The translations under genes were made by a program, and so were the position numbers. A DNA stretch of 64,000 bases from assembly GCA_017625395.1 (NCBI GenBank), contig JAGALD010000044.1:1248-65247 (forward strand), given 5' to 3'. How positions within the stretch are numbered: the stretch's first letter is position 1; every line of letters starts with the position of its first letter. Under the pieces are notes generated by a model that worked only from the letters and a program-made list of their open reading frames with translations, was not told where the DNA came from and did not search any database. Positions 46,985 to 56,081 of this stretch are shown in pieces. Source of the DNA: Bacilli bacterium. GTDB taxonomy: Bacteria; Bacillota_I; Bacilli_A; RF39; UBA660.

Positions 46985-47590
46985 TCACCCATTTTCTCTT
47001 CGTGAGGTAACTGCTATCCCATCACCTTTATCATAAAACTTAGTATGATATTCTTTTGAATTTTTTAAATATTCTATATAGTTTTTTATTTTACGAACCA
47101 AGGCACGTAAATTTTTACTTTTAATTTCAAATTCATCTTTTTCTACATACCCATGAAAACCAATATTATCAGTTATAAAATAACCATTATGTGATAAGTT
47201 TCTTTCAAAATGTTCAAAAAATTCGATATTTTTACCTTTAGCACCATCTAAAAATATTAAATCAAATTCACCATCCAAAACAACATCTAAAGCATCACTA
47301 AATATTAAAGTAACTCTATCTTCTAAATTAAACTTCTTAATATTCTTCAAAGCTTCTAAATATCTTTCTTCGTCACGTTCAATTGTAACAACTTTCAAGT
47401 TTGAATTAGTAAGTGCCATTCTAATAGCAGAATATCCAATAGCTGTTCCAACTTCCAAAACTTTTTCTATTTGATTTTTCATAATAAATGTAGTTAAAAA
47501 TTCAATTCCTTCTTTTTGCATAATAGGAACATTATTTTCTTCTGCATATTCTTCCATTTCCCTTATCATCAAAGAGAGGTTTGTATCCAT
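46985..47590 (-). CDS. class I SAM-dependent O-methyltransferase (YrrM/TrmR-like)
   Basis: SAM-binding motif VLEVGTAIGYSA, then FIFLDGAKG. Its position between mltG and the U32 pair supports the call. Confidence 0.7.
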   Translation of the reverse strand: MDTNLSLMIREMEEYAEENNVPIMQKEGIEFLTTFIMKNQIEKVLEVGTAIGYSAIRMALTNSNLKVVTIERDEERYLEALKNIKKFNLEDRVTLIFSDALDVVLDGEFDLIFLDGAKGKNIEFFEHFERNLSHNGYFITDNIGFHGYVEKDEFEIKSKNLRALVRKIKNYIEYLKNSKEYHTKFYDKGDGIAVTSRRENG

Positions 47591-47606
47591 TATATCTACT
47601 CCTTAA

Positions 47607-48674
47607 TTATCTTTCCCATTTTCCTTGAGCTCTTAATTCACGCTCTTTTTTCTGATGTTCTGCATATGTTTTAAAGAAATAAGTATTTCCCTGATTATCA
47701 GATAAGAAATATAAGTTCTCCGTATCTTTCGGATTAATTGCTGCATCTATCGCATTTTTTGAAGGAAGCGCAATAGGTCCAACCGGTAGCGATGTTAATT
47801 TATATGTATTATATGCATTAACGTTTGCAAGCATCTCACTATTTGCAATACCAACTTCATTAAAGTCCATACCCATTCCATAAAATGCAGTAGCACAACT
47901 ACTCAAACTCATATTTACTTTAAGCCTATTATGAAAAACCGAAGAAATATCATAGAAATCTCTTGTTTTTCCTTCTTTTTCTATAATAGACGCAAGAGTT
48001 AAAATCTCATGAACAGAATAATTAGATGCCTTAATATCTACTACATATTCATCTAAAACATCTTCCATTCTATCTAACATCTTAGTTAATATTTCCTTAA
48101 TAGAAACATCTTTATTATTAAAATAATAAGTATCTGGAAATAAATATCCTTCTAATGAATAATATAATTTTTCATTATTTACATCTTCTTTTATAAACCA
48201 ATACTTTTCTTTTAATTCATTTAAGTAATCTTTATTATTTATAAGAGAAATAACATCATCATAACTATTATTAGTATTGTCTTTTATAAGTGTTGCAACT
48301 TCTCTTATATTTATACCTTCTTTAAAGGTAATTTTAATTTGATTAGGATTATATGAGTTTCCCTCTTCAAGTATAGAAATAATTTCTTTTAAATCCATAC
48401 TTTTTGATAATCCATAAACTGATGCTTTAAAGTCACCAACTTCAAATAATTTAACATATATATTAAAAAATGTACTGCTCCTAATTAATTCTTTTTCTTC
48501 TAAAATTTCTCCAACTTTCCTTTTTGAAGTTCCACTAGGTATTAAAACCTCGATAATAGAATTATCATTTTCATCTACTGGCTTTATATTTGTATTATAA
48601 ATATAACAAACAGAACCAATTGCTATTATCACAAGAACTAAAAAAGTAATTGCTATATTTCTAAATAATTTCAT
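47607..48674 (-). CDS. mltG: endolytic murein transglycosylase MltG (YceG family)
   Basis: An N-terminal TM helix, then LASIIEKEG and YNTYKLTSLPVGPIALPS, the YceG signatures. Confidence 0.85.
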   Translation of the reverse strand: MKLFRNIAITFLVLVIIAIGSVCYIYNTNIKPVDENDNSIIEVLIPSGTSKRKVGEILEEKELIRSSTFFNIYVKLFEVGDFKASVYGLSKSMDLKEIISILEEGNSYNPNQIKITFKEGINIREVATLIKDNTNNSYDDVISLINNKDYLNELKEKYWFIKEDVNNEKLYYSLEGYLFPDTYYFNNKDVSIKEILTKMLDRMEDVLDEYVVDIKASNYSVHEILTLASIIEKEGKTRDFYDISSVFHNRLKVNMSLSSCATAFYGMGMDFNEVGIANSEMLANVNAYNTYKLTSLPVGPIALPSKNAIDAAINPKDTENLYFLSDNQGNTYFFKTYAEHQKKERELRAQGKWER

Positions 48675-48695
48675 CTTTTTCTCAAAAAACGAGCA

Positions 48696-49019
48696 TTATT
48701 GCTCGTCATTTCCTTCACTATCAGCAGCTTCTTCCATTTTCTTTTTAATTTCTTCTTGTAAAGTATTTAATATTGTTTCTATTACTTTCCACTCTTGTTC
48801 AGTAGTAATAGGCTCTAATTTTTGATTTTCTTGATTTGGATCATAAATAGAAGCATATACTTGTACATTTCCACTTTCATCCTTAGAATTATCTGTGTAA
48901 ACTATATAACTCTTTTTTGTTTCTTCAGAATCAAATGTAAATAATACATCGCACATTATTTCCTCGCCTTGATCGTTTATCACTTTGAATGTATTTTCCA
49001 TATTATTTTGATTTTCCAT
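48696..49019 (-). CDS. DUF1292 (YrzB) family protein
   Basis: A small acidic protein with DQGEEIMCDVLFTFDSEETKKSYIVYTD. It sits at the position that yrzB occupies in B. subtilis. Confidence 0.7.
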   Translation of the reverse strand: MENQNNMENTFKVINDQGEEIMCDVLFTFDSEETKKSYIVYTDNSKDESGNVQVYASIYDPNQENQKLEPITTEQEWKVIETILNTLQEEIKKKMEEAADSEGNDEQ

Positions 49020-49034
49020 ATTATCTTCTCCTTT

Positions 49035-49451
49035 TTATTTTTTTACTATATCTAAATACGATTGCAATATAATTGTCGCTGCTAAACTATCAACAACTTG
49101 TTTTCTTTTCTTTCTAGAAGTATCATTTTCTAAAAGAATATTAGTAGCAACTTTAGTAGTTAATCTCTCATCAACCAATATTACTTCCAATCCTAAAGCA
49201 CTCTCCAACATATCTTTAAATTTGTATGATAATTCACCTTTAAACCCAATCGTATTGTTCATATTTTTAGGTAAACCTAATACAATCTTTTCGACTTTTT
49301 TTTCTAAAACAATTTCTTTTACTTCATTTACTAATCGTTCATATTCTTCGTTATGTCTTATAACTTTATAACTAGACGCAATAAATCCTGTTGGATCTGA
49401 TAAAGAAACACCTAAAGTTCTACTTCCTAAATCTAATCCTAAATATCTCAT
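49035..49451 (-). CDS. ruvX: Holliday-junction-resolvase-like nuclease RuvX/YqgF
   Basis: MRYLGLDLGSRTLGVSLSD and VDERLTT. Confidence 0.85.
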   Translation of the reverse strand: MRYLGLDLGSRTLGVSLSDPTGFIASSYKVIRHNEEYERLVNEVKEIVLEKKVEKIVLGLPKNMNNTIGFKGELSYKFKDMLESALGLEVILVDERLTTKVATNILLENDTSRKKRKQVVDSLAATIILQSYLDIVKK

Positions 49452-49453
49452 AT

Positions 49454-49726
49454 TTATAACTTACTAACATAATTTCTCAAAAGAACTTCTATAATAGTAC
49501 TTCTTTCAATACTAGTCATCTTAGTTCTCGCATCATTATGCGAAGAAATATATCCTGGATCTCCACTCATTATATATCCAACAATTTGATTTATTTCATT
49601 ATATCCCTTCTCCTTTAAAGAAGCACAAACCTCTTTCAAAGTAGAACTAACTAAGGAATCTTCAAATGCATCTATAGAATACATTGTAGTCTCTTCTATA
49701 TCTTTACCTTTTAAAGATTCATTCAC
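49454..49726 (-). CDS. IreB/YrzL family (UPF0297) regulatory protein
   Basis: LKEKGYNEINQIVGYIMSGDPGYISSHNDAR is the family core. Confidence 0.8.
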   Translation of the reverse strand: MNESLKGKDIEETTMYSIDAFEDSLVSSTLKEVCASLKEKGYNEINQIVGYIMSGDPGYISSHNDARTKMTSIERSTIIEVLLRNYVSKL

Positions 49727-49778
49727 ATTATCACCTCTATTACCTATAGAACAATTTTAGCATTAAATTGTTAACTAA

Positions 49779-50960
49779 TCAACTAAATTTAACATAATTA
49801 AATGCAATAAATAACATTAATAATACATAAATAACTGACACAATTAAGCCATTTACTTTTTCAAAATTAGAACTCTTATATTTAACACCTAAACCAGTAG
49901 TAATTAAAACACCACCGATTAATCCACCAATATGAGCCCAATTGTCTATTGAGCCATTAGACATAAATCCAATAATTAAATTCAAAATAATTATAGGAAT
50001 AATTTGACTTTTAATAACTCCACCTAGATATACTCTATAGTGATATCCAAAATAAAGCATAGCACCTAAAAGCCCAAATATTGCACCACTTGCACCAATT
50101 GACGCACTATTAGCATTAAGCACAATTGATAAAAGACTAGCAGCAAGTATACTAAACAAATAAATTATTATATATTTAGTTTTACCTAAAAAACTTTCAA
50201 TTTGTGTACCAATAACATATAAAGAATACATATTACACAAAAAATGAAGAAAACCAACATGTAGAAAAGCACCAGTAAATAATCTATAAAATTCCTTATA
50301 TACAACAACACCATAACCCCAAGTTGAAAAATTTTGTACAAAGGACTCATATTTATCAAAGAAAAACATTACTACAAACATAATAGCATTAATCAAAATA
50401 ATACCATATGTTACTACCGGTGTCTTTGGTTTAAAAACTTCATCAACCTTAACAGCATCTTCCTTATTTTTCTTATTTATATCAGAAGTAATTTTCATAA
50501 ATAACTGAAATCCTTCTTCAGAAAATTTCATTTTATTATTCATATCAGGAAAATACTCATCTAAAAATTTATATTTTTCTAAATCATTTTCATCATATAA
50601 AGATATACAATCTATATTTTTAACTTTTTCAATTTCTACATCGTCTTCTAAGTCAGTAAATATACTTAAAACATTCATTTTAAATGAAAAAGTTTTCTTT
50701 TTTATTTTCTTAACAACATGTCTTGTTTTAAATAAATCAAAATTAAGCTGTTCTTCATTGATAATATGATTAGATACAATTCTAATAATCTTATAATCAC
50801 TATTCAAGTTCTCTAACCAAATTTCATCTTCTGCACCTTGAAGAATAATAGGATTATAATTCTTCTCAGTAATAAAATAATGAAGAAGTTTCATTGCTAT
50901 TAAATTTTTTCTATCTAATGAATCTTGCAACGTTAATCTCTCCTTTTTAATTAATAACAT
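49779..50960 (-). CDS. rhomboid family intramembrane serine protease (GluP/YqgP-like)
   Basis: GASGAIFGLLGA contains the catalytic Ser and AHIGGLIGG the catalytic His. HFLCNM is also present, along with an N-terminal cytoplasmic domain. Confidence 0.8.
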   Translation of the reverse strand: MLLIKKERLTLQDSLDRKNLIAMKLLHYFITEKNYNPIILQGAEDEIWLENLNSDYKIIRIVSNHIINEEQLNFDLFKTRHVVKKIKKKTFSFKMNVLSIFTDLEDDVEIEKVKNIDCISLYDENDLEKYKFLDEYFPDMNNKMKFSEEGFQLFMKITSDINKKNKEDAVKVDEVFKPKTPVVTYGIILINAIMFVVMFFFDKYESFVQNFSTWGYGVVVYKEFYRLFTGAFLHVGFLHFLCNMYSLYVIGTQIESFLGKTKYIIIYLFSILAASLLSIVLNANSASIGASGAIFGLLGAMLYFGYHYRVYLGGVIKSQIIPIIILNLIIGFMSNGSIDNWAHIGGLIGGVLITTGLGVKYKSSNFEKVNGLIVSVIYVLLMLFIAFNYVKFS

Positions 50961-51000
50961 TATACATTATAACATAAAATTAATAAAGAGGTGTAAAAAT

Positions 51001-51456
51001 ATGAAATATGTAATTTTTTTCATTTTTTTAATACTGCTACTCTTTACTAATATTTTTATAATAAAGGATTCATATAAATTTATCATTCCTATTTTTATGG
51101 TTAATCCAGCAATATATAAAATAATAAGCATTTTTCTATTATTTATATTAATGATAGCACTCTTTATTTATATAATAAAAAATCACTTTAAATTAGAATT
51201 AATTGGAACACGCCTAATAATAATATTAATAATAAATTATTTATTATATACTTGCTATAACATTTTTACTTTCATATTAATAAGTCCTTTTCTTTTATTT
51301 GCAACCAAACTATTTCATTTTATTTCAACTTTATATTTAAATGAAGAAATTGTGGCACAAAATAAGATAAGTGCAAATATACTAATTCCATATATAATAT
51401 GGACCTTTTATTTAACACTTACCTCTATATCAATATTTTTTATAAATAATTGTTAA
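51001..51456 (+). CDS. small polytopic membrane protein, hypothetical
   Basis: A 151-aa protein with about five hydrophobic helices. It is the only plus-strand gene in this region, and its 3' end overlaps the rluD 3' end by 4 nt. Confidence 0.4.
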   Translation: MKYVIFFIFLILLLFTNIFIIKDSYKFIIPIFMVNPAIYKIISIFLLFILMIALFIYIIKNHFKLELIGTRLIIILIINYLLYTCYNIFTFILISPFLLFATKLFHFISTLYLNEEIVAQNKISANILIPYIIWTFYLTLTSISIFFINNC

Positions 51457-52331
51457 TCAAGAGAATCTATATATTCTTGAAATTCAACAGGAACCTCTTT
51501 TTCAAAATAGATTTCTTCTTTTGTGATTGGATGAATAAACCTAATACTTTTAGAATGAAGAAATTGCCCAAAATCAGTAGTTTTTTTACTCTTACCATAA
51601 ACAGGATCATTAACAATCGGATAATTAATATATTGCATATGAACTCTGATTTGATGAGTTCTACCAGTATCTAAAGTACATTCAATAAGAGTATTGTTGC
51701 TAAATCTTTTTAACACTCTAAAATGTGTTATAGCATCTTTTGAATTTTCAGCTGTAATCATCATTTTTTGTCTATTAACCTGATCTCTTCCAATTGGAGC
51801 ATCAATAGTTGCAGTATCATGCTTAATAACACCATGTACCAAAGCCAAATATTTTCTTTCAACTTCTTTATTTTTTATCATTTCACTAAGAAGTTCATGT
51901 GTCTTATCATCTTTTGCAACTACCATAAGACCAGATGTATCTTTATCAATTCTATGAACTATTCCAGGACGAATATTACTCTCACCACTACTCAAATTAA
52001 ATTTATACAAAAGAGCATTAACAAGAGTACCACTATAATTTCCAGCAGCAGGATGAACAACCATTCCACTCTTTTTATTTACTATAATTAAATAATCATC
52101 CTCATAAACAATATCAAGAGGAATATCTTCAGGTTCAACATTAATCTCATAATTCATTTCATCATTTATTTCAATATTATCATTTAAATGCAAAAGATAA
52201 TTAGATGACACAACATTTCCATTAACCAAAACCTTTTCATCTTTTATAAGTTTTTGAATTTTACTTCTAGAAATATCCAACTTTTCGCTTAAATATAAAT
52301 CAATTCTTTTTTTCTCTTCGTCTGCTATCAA
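51453..52331 (-). CDS. rluD: 23S rRNA pseudouridine synthase RluD family
   Basis: An S4 domain (RIDLYLSE), catalytic motif HRLDKDTSGL and GRTHQIRVH. It lies downstream of lspA, as in other Bacillota. Confidence 0.85.
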   Translation of the reverse strand: MIADEEKKRIDLYLSEKLDISRSKIQKLIKDEKVLVNGNVVSSNYLLHLNDNIEINDEMNYEINVEPEDIPLDIVYEDDYLIIVNKKSGMVVHPAAGNYSGTLVNALLYKFNLSSGESNIRPGIVHRIDKDTSGLMVVAKDDKTHELLSEMIKNKEVERKYLALVHGVIKHDTATIDAPIGRDQVNRQKMMITAENSKDAITHFRVLKRFSNNTLIECTLDTGRTHQIRVHMQYINYPIVNDPVYGKSKKTTDFGQFLHSKSIRFIHPITKEEIYFEKEVPVEFQEYIDSLD

Positions 52332-52785
52332 CTTTATCCCCTCCTATAAAACTATCTATAATTAAAAATATAACTGCAACAACAATTAATACATCAGCAA
52401 TATTAAATATTGGAAAATAATAACCAAATATATTAAAACTAAAGAAATCTATTACAAATCTTCTTAACAATCTATCAATTAAATTCCCTATAATTCCACC
52501 TACTATAAATCCAAAAGATATAATATTTAACTTATTCATAGTAGAATTCTCATTAATATACTTTATAACAAAAAATAAAAATATTAAACTAACTATTGCA
52601 AGAATAAATGTATTATTTGAAAACATTCCCCAAGCAGCACCAGTATTTCTAATATATCTAATAGAAAAAAAATTAGGAACAATGGAAATATTTTCACCTA
52701 AATTCATTAAACAATCAACTAAAATCTTACTTATTTGATCAATTAAAACACCAATTATTGCAATTATATATACTAGTTTTTTCAC
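52300..52785 (-). CDS. lspA: lipoprotein signal peptidase II
   Basis: NTGAAWG, GNLIDR and FNIAD motifs. Confidence 0.9.
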   Translation of the reverse strand: MKKLVYIIAIIGVLIDQISKILVDCLMNLGENISIVPNFFSIRYIRNTGAAWGMFSNNTFILAIVSLIFLFFVIKYINENSTMNKLNIISFGFIVGGIIGNLIDRLLRRFVIDFFSFNIFGYYFPIFNIADVLIVVAVIFLIIDSFIGGDKVDSRRREKKN

Positions 52786-52822
52786 ACTATCACCAAAATT
52801 ATTTTAACAAATAAATAATTCT

Positions 52823-53056
52823 TTATAAAGATATATTTACCAAAATAACATCTTCCCCAATTTTTTCAATACATTTCCAATTTATTTCAGTATCTATTTT
52901 TCCTTTTGTAAATGAAAAGAAATTCTTATTAGGATCAATAACTAAAGATTCAATTTCTCCAGTATTCTCATTTATCTTAGCATCAATTATATTTCCGATA
53001 TTCTTTCCATCTTGAACATTAACAATATATTTAGTTTGTAAATCTGATAATCTCAT
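52823..53056 (-). CDS. YlmC/YmxH family PRC-barrel protein
   Basis: MRLSDLQTKYIVNVQDGKNIGNIIDAKIN. The start ATG at 53056 follows a GGGAGG RBS. Confidence 0.75.
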   Translation of the reverse strand: MRLSDLQTKYIVNVQDGKNIGNIIDAKINENTGEIESLVIDPNKNFFSFTKGKIDTEINWKCIEKIGEDVILVNISL

Positions 53057-53111
53057 AATTCCTCCCATTAAATTATACTTAATAGATAGAAAAGAATTAC
53101 TACTTTAAATA

Positions 53112-54497
53112 TTATATTTTCAGTTTTAATTCCATTTGTTTTTCTTTATCAATTCTAAACCCAATTCTTCTCAAATCAGAAAAAGGAATACTACTACCAT
53201 TTTCTCTAAAGAAACAGCACGATTCATCAAATGTTGCACCATCTATTCTATCTCTAGATGGCGTTATAAAAATACAAGTTCCCTTAAAATTAGCACCATC
53301 TGCAACAATACCATTTAATTCTTGTCTTAAAAGAGGAACATTTTCTAAATCAGTATTTTTAAGAGTAAAACCAGTTTTACTATATTCAAGCAAATTAAGT
53401 CTTATATTAGAATTAGACAAATCCAATCCTTCAAGATTATAATGTGAAAAATCAATTCTTTCCAAATTTAGAAAAGGAATTAATCCCATTTTCTTAAAAA
53501 AATCATAATATTCAAAAAAGAAATCAGACTCGACTTTAGGTTTTAGTGAACACGCAACAACACTATCATAATCTAATCCAGAATCTCTTATACGCACTGC
53601 TTGCTTTACAACAGGATTATCTAAAAAATGCTCCTTAATTTTTCGATTTTGTAATATTTCTTCCTGTTTTTTCTTTTCATCTGCTTTTGTAGAATATGCA
53701 ATCTTAACTATTTCATTTACAATATCAATATTTTCATAAAGAAAATTTAAATTTTGAGCCACTTCATCAGATAAAGGAATAGGAAGTCGATTAAGAACTA
53801 CATTATTTTCTAAATCTATTTTATAAGTATCTCCATTCATATCAAAAACAACACTTACATGATTTTCATCATCTATTTCTATGTTATAATCCCTGTGTGA
53901 AAAGCTACTCTGCCATAAAGCACCATTTTCCAAAACACTTCTCAATGTACGAATAACCATTAAAGTACGTTTTTCTTGAGTAATAGGTAATAATTTATTT
54001 TGTTTACCTTCAACTTTTTCTTTTAAACTTGATTCAATCAAATCTAGCCAATCTAAACCTAGAAAAGATTTACATAAATCTAGTAATTTTCTCTTAACAC
54101 AAGAAAGTGCAAATAATTCCGAATACTTTAAAACACCTTCACCATTAATATATAACTTATCACTAAAATAGTTTTCTTTAATACCACCAAGTACTCTTCT
54201 AATAAAATCTTCCAAAACATAAATATTATTATAATTATTTGGAACATTAAATTCTCTTAAACCACAATCTCCCATGCTAAATACATATTCAGCACCAGTA
54301 TTCATATAAGAATATAAAACAAAACGTTCTTGGGGAAAAATAATTTTTTTTACTTCACAACCAGACAAGGCATTACATCTAATTCCTTTGACTCTAGTTT
54401 TTAAAGAACTTAAATCAAGTACTCCACCATTAATGTCATCTTGATAAATCTTTTCTATAATAGTTCCATCCTGATTATATTTCATCATATCACTCAT
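53112..54497 (-). CDS. uncharacterised protein with C-terminal pentapeptide-repeat region
   Basis: The C-terminal ~100 aa (FSHYNLEGLDLSNSNIRLNLLEY...ADGANFKGTCIF...IDGATFDESCCF) look like pentapeptide repeats. I do not recognise the N-terminal ~360 aa. The start could be at 54497, 54488 or 54485. The ATG at 54521 in the track lies inside the promoter -10 region. Confidence 0.5.
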   Translation of the reverse strand: MSDMMKYNQDGTIIEKIYQDDINGGVLDLSSLKTRVKGIRCNALSGCEVKKIIFPQERFVLYSYMNTGAEYVFSMGDCGLREFNVPNNYNNIYVLEDFIRRVLGGIKENYFSDKLYINGEGVLKYSELFALSCVKRKLLDLCKSFLGLDWLDLIESSLKEKVEGKQNKLLPITQEKRTLMVIRTLRSVLENGALWQSSFSHRDYNIEIDDENHVSVVFDMNGDTYKIDLENNVVLNRLPIPLSDEVAQNLNFLYENIDIVNEIVKIAYSTKADEKKKQEEILQNRKIKEHFLDNPVVKQAVRIRDSGLDYDSVVACSLKPKVESDFFFEYYDFFKKMGLIPFLNLERIDFSHYNLEGLDLSNSNIRLNLLEYSKTGFTLKNTDLENVPLLRQELNGIVADGANFKGTCIFITPSRDRIDGATFDESCCFFRENGSSIPFSDLRRIGFRIDKEKQMELKLKI

Positions 54498-54509
54498 TTC
54501 TAGTTGGTG

Positions 54510-54538
54510 ATTATACCACAAAAAATCGAAATTATCAA
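54510..54538 (-). promoter_or_regulatory. strong sigma-A-type promoter with TRTG extended -10
   Basis: On the minus strand: TTGATA (54538-54533), a 17-nt spacer ending in TGTGG, then TATAAT (54515-54510). The first ATG is only 12 nt after the -10 element. Confidence 0.65.
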
Positions 54539-54565
54539 TATTAAGACATAATAAAAACCTATAAT

Positions 54566-55216
54566 TTATAGGTTCTTATTTCCAGCATTTTTTCTAAGTA
54601 TATTAATACTTTCTTCAAAATCATCACTTGATGTAACATAACTTCCACTAACAATTATATCAACGAAATCAAGTCTCTTAGCTATTTCAGCATTAATTCC
54701 ACCATCTACACTTATTTTAGCTTTAGATTTTTTACTGACAATCATCTTTTTAACTTTAAGTATTTTCTTAATAGTATCATCAATAAAAGTTTGACCACCC
54801 AGTCCAGGATGAACACTCATTATCAATACTAAATCTATCTTTGAAATATAAGGAAGCAAAATAGAAATATCAGTATCAGGATTTATAGCAAGACCACATT
54901 TAATCCCATATTGTTTTATTAAATCTAAATATTTATCAACTTTCTCAAGTTCTGCATGAATAGTTATATATTCCGTATTAAGTGATGCATAATAATTTAT
55001 ATTCTTTAATGGATTTTTTTCCATCAAGTGAACATCAAGACGCTTTCCTATCTGATTAGAAAGCTTCGATAACTTTTTATATGGATTATGTTTCTTTTTA
55101 ACAAACTTTCCATCCATAACATCTACATGTATATAATCAGCATTAGTTCTAGCTAATTTTAATAAATCTTTTTCTTCATTTTTACTACTTAAAAACGATA
55201 CAGATATTCTTTTCAT
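54566..55216 (-). CDS. rpe: ribulose-phosphate 3-epimerase
   Basis: HVDVMDGKFV, VHLM, MSVHPGLGGQ and VDGGIN. Confidence 0.85.
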   Translation of the reverse strand: MKRISVSFLSSKNEEKDLLKLARTNADYIHVDVMDGKFVKKKHNPYKKLSKLSNQIGKRLDVHLMEKNPLKNINYYASLNTEYITIHAELEKVDKYLDLIKQYGIKCGLAINPDTDISILLPYISKIDLVLIMSVHPGLGGQTFIDDTIKKILKVKKMIVSKKSKAKISVDGGINAEIAKRLDFVDIIVSGSYVTSSDDFEESINILRKNAGNKNL

Positions 55217-55224
55217 AATACCTC

Positions 55225-56067
55225 CTAAGAATACTTATCTTTATTTAAAAATTTAATGTAATTTTCATATCGTGAAGAAAGTATTCCACCGTTTAAAACA
55301 GCCTCTTTTACCTTACAATCACATGCACCCTCATTAGTATGAGTACAATCTTTATATTTACATTCATATTCACCAAATTCAACAAAAGATTTTCTTATAT
55401 CATCATTATCTATATTTGTTAAATCAATACTAGAAAAACCAGGCGTATCTACTAACTTTCCATCAAAAAGATTAACTAATTCAACACATCTAGTAGTATG
55501 TTTTCCCCTTCCTAATGCCATAGATACTTCACCAACATCAAAATTTAAATTCCTATCAAGCTTATTAAAAAGACTAGACTTCCCAGCACCAGTCTGGCCT
55601 GTAAATACAGTAGTTTTATCCTTGAATATTTTCTTAATCTTCTCAATCTCACTATTATAAAAAACATCATACCCAATAGATTGATAATAATCTATTATAG
55701 GTCTAGTCTCATCTTTTTCAGAGTCAGAAAGCAAATCTTCTTTAGTAATACATATAATTGGTTTTATATTATTTACTTCCATTATTAAGATAAGCTTATC
55801 AAGTAAATTAGTTGAAAAATCAGGAGTTTTAAGACTTGTCACAATTAGGCCTTGATCTATATTTGCAACTTGTGGTCTTACAAGAACATTTTTTCTTGGT
55901 AATATTTCTAATATGTAATTATCTTTTTCATTTATAACACAATAGTCCCCCACAACAGGAGTTATCTTTTTATTACGAAAATTCCCCCTACTGTGGCATT
56001 GATAAATTACACCATCACAACTAACAAAATATAAATTACTTATAATCTTAATTATTTGACCTTTCAT
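55225..56067 (-). CDS. rsgA: ribosome small-subunit-dependent GTPase A
   Basis: A circularly permuted GTPase with TKEDL, GQTGAGKSSL and DTPG, plus a C-terminal zinc motif (CKYKDCTHTNEGACDC). The start ATG at 56067 follows a GGGGGAG RBS. Confidence 0.85.
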   Translation of the reverse strand: MKGQIIKIISNLYFVSCDGVIYQCHSRGNFRNKKITPVVGDYCVINEKDNYILEILPRKNVLVRPQVANIDQGLIVTSLKTPDFSTNLLDKLILIMEVNNIKPIICITKEDLLSDSEKDETRPIIDYYQSIGYDVFYNSEIEKIKKIFKDKTTVFTGQTGAGKSSLFNKLDRNLNFDVGEVSMALGRGKHTTRCVELVNLFDGKLVDTPGFSSIDLTNIDNDDIRKSFVEFGEYECKYKDCTHTNEGACDCKVKEAVLNGGILSSRYENYIKFLNKDKYS

Positions 56068-56081
56068 AAAACTCCCCCACA

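Noticed and set aside
51001-51456. A TspO/MBR (tryptophan-rich sensory protein) assignment for the 151-aa membrane protein
   Set aside because: The C-terminal LIPYIIW..LN-like stretch is reminiscent of TspO. However, the protein has a single Trp and lacks the N-terminal W..L.KP motif. That is too weak to support the call.
54498-54521. An N-terminal extension beginning MWYN on the pentapeptide-repeat protein; the same MWYN start appears at 61567-61617 on paralog B
   Set aside because: The sequence ATGTGGTATAAT is itself the TRTG-plus-TATAAT promoter element in both cases, so this ATG cannot be on the mRNA. The real starts lie downstream. For paralog B, the start at 61566 has a clear AAAGGGGGA RBS.
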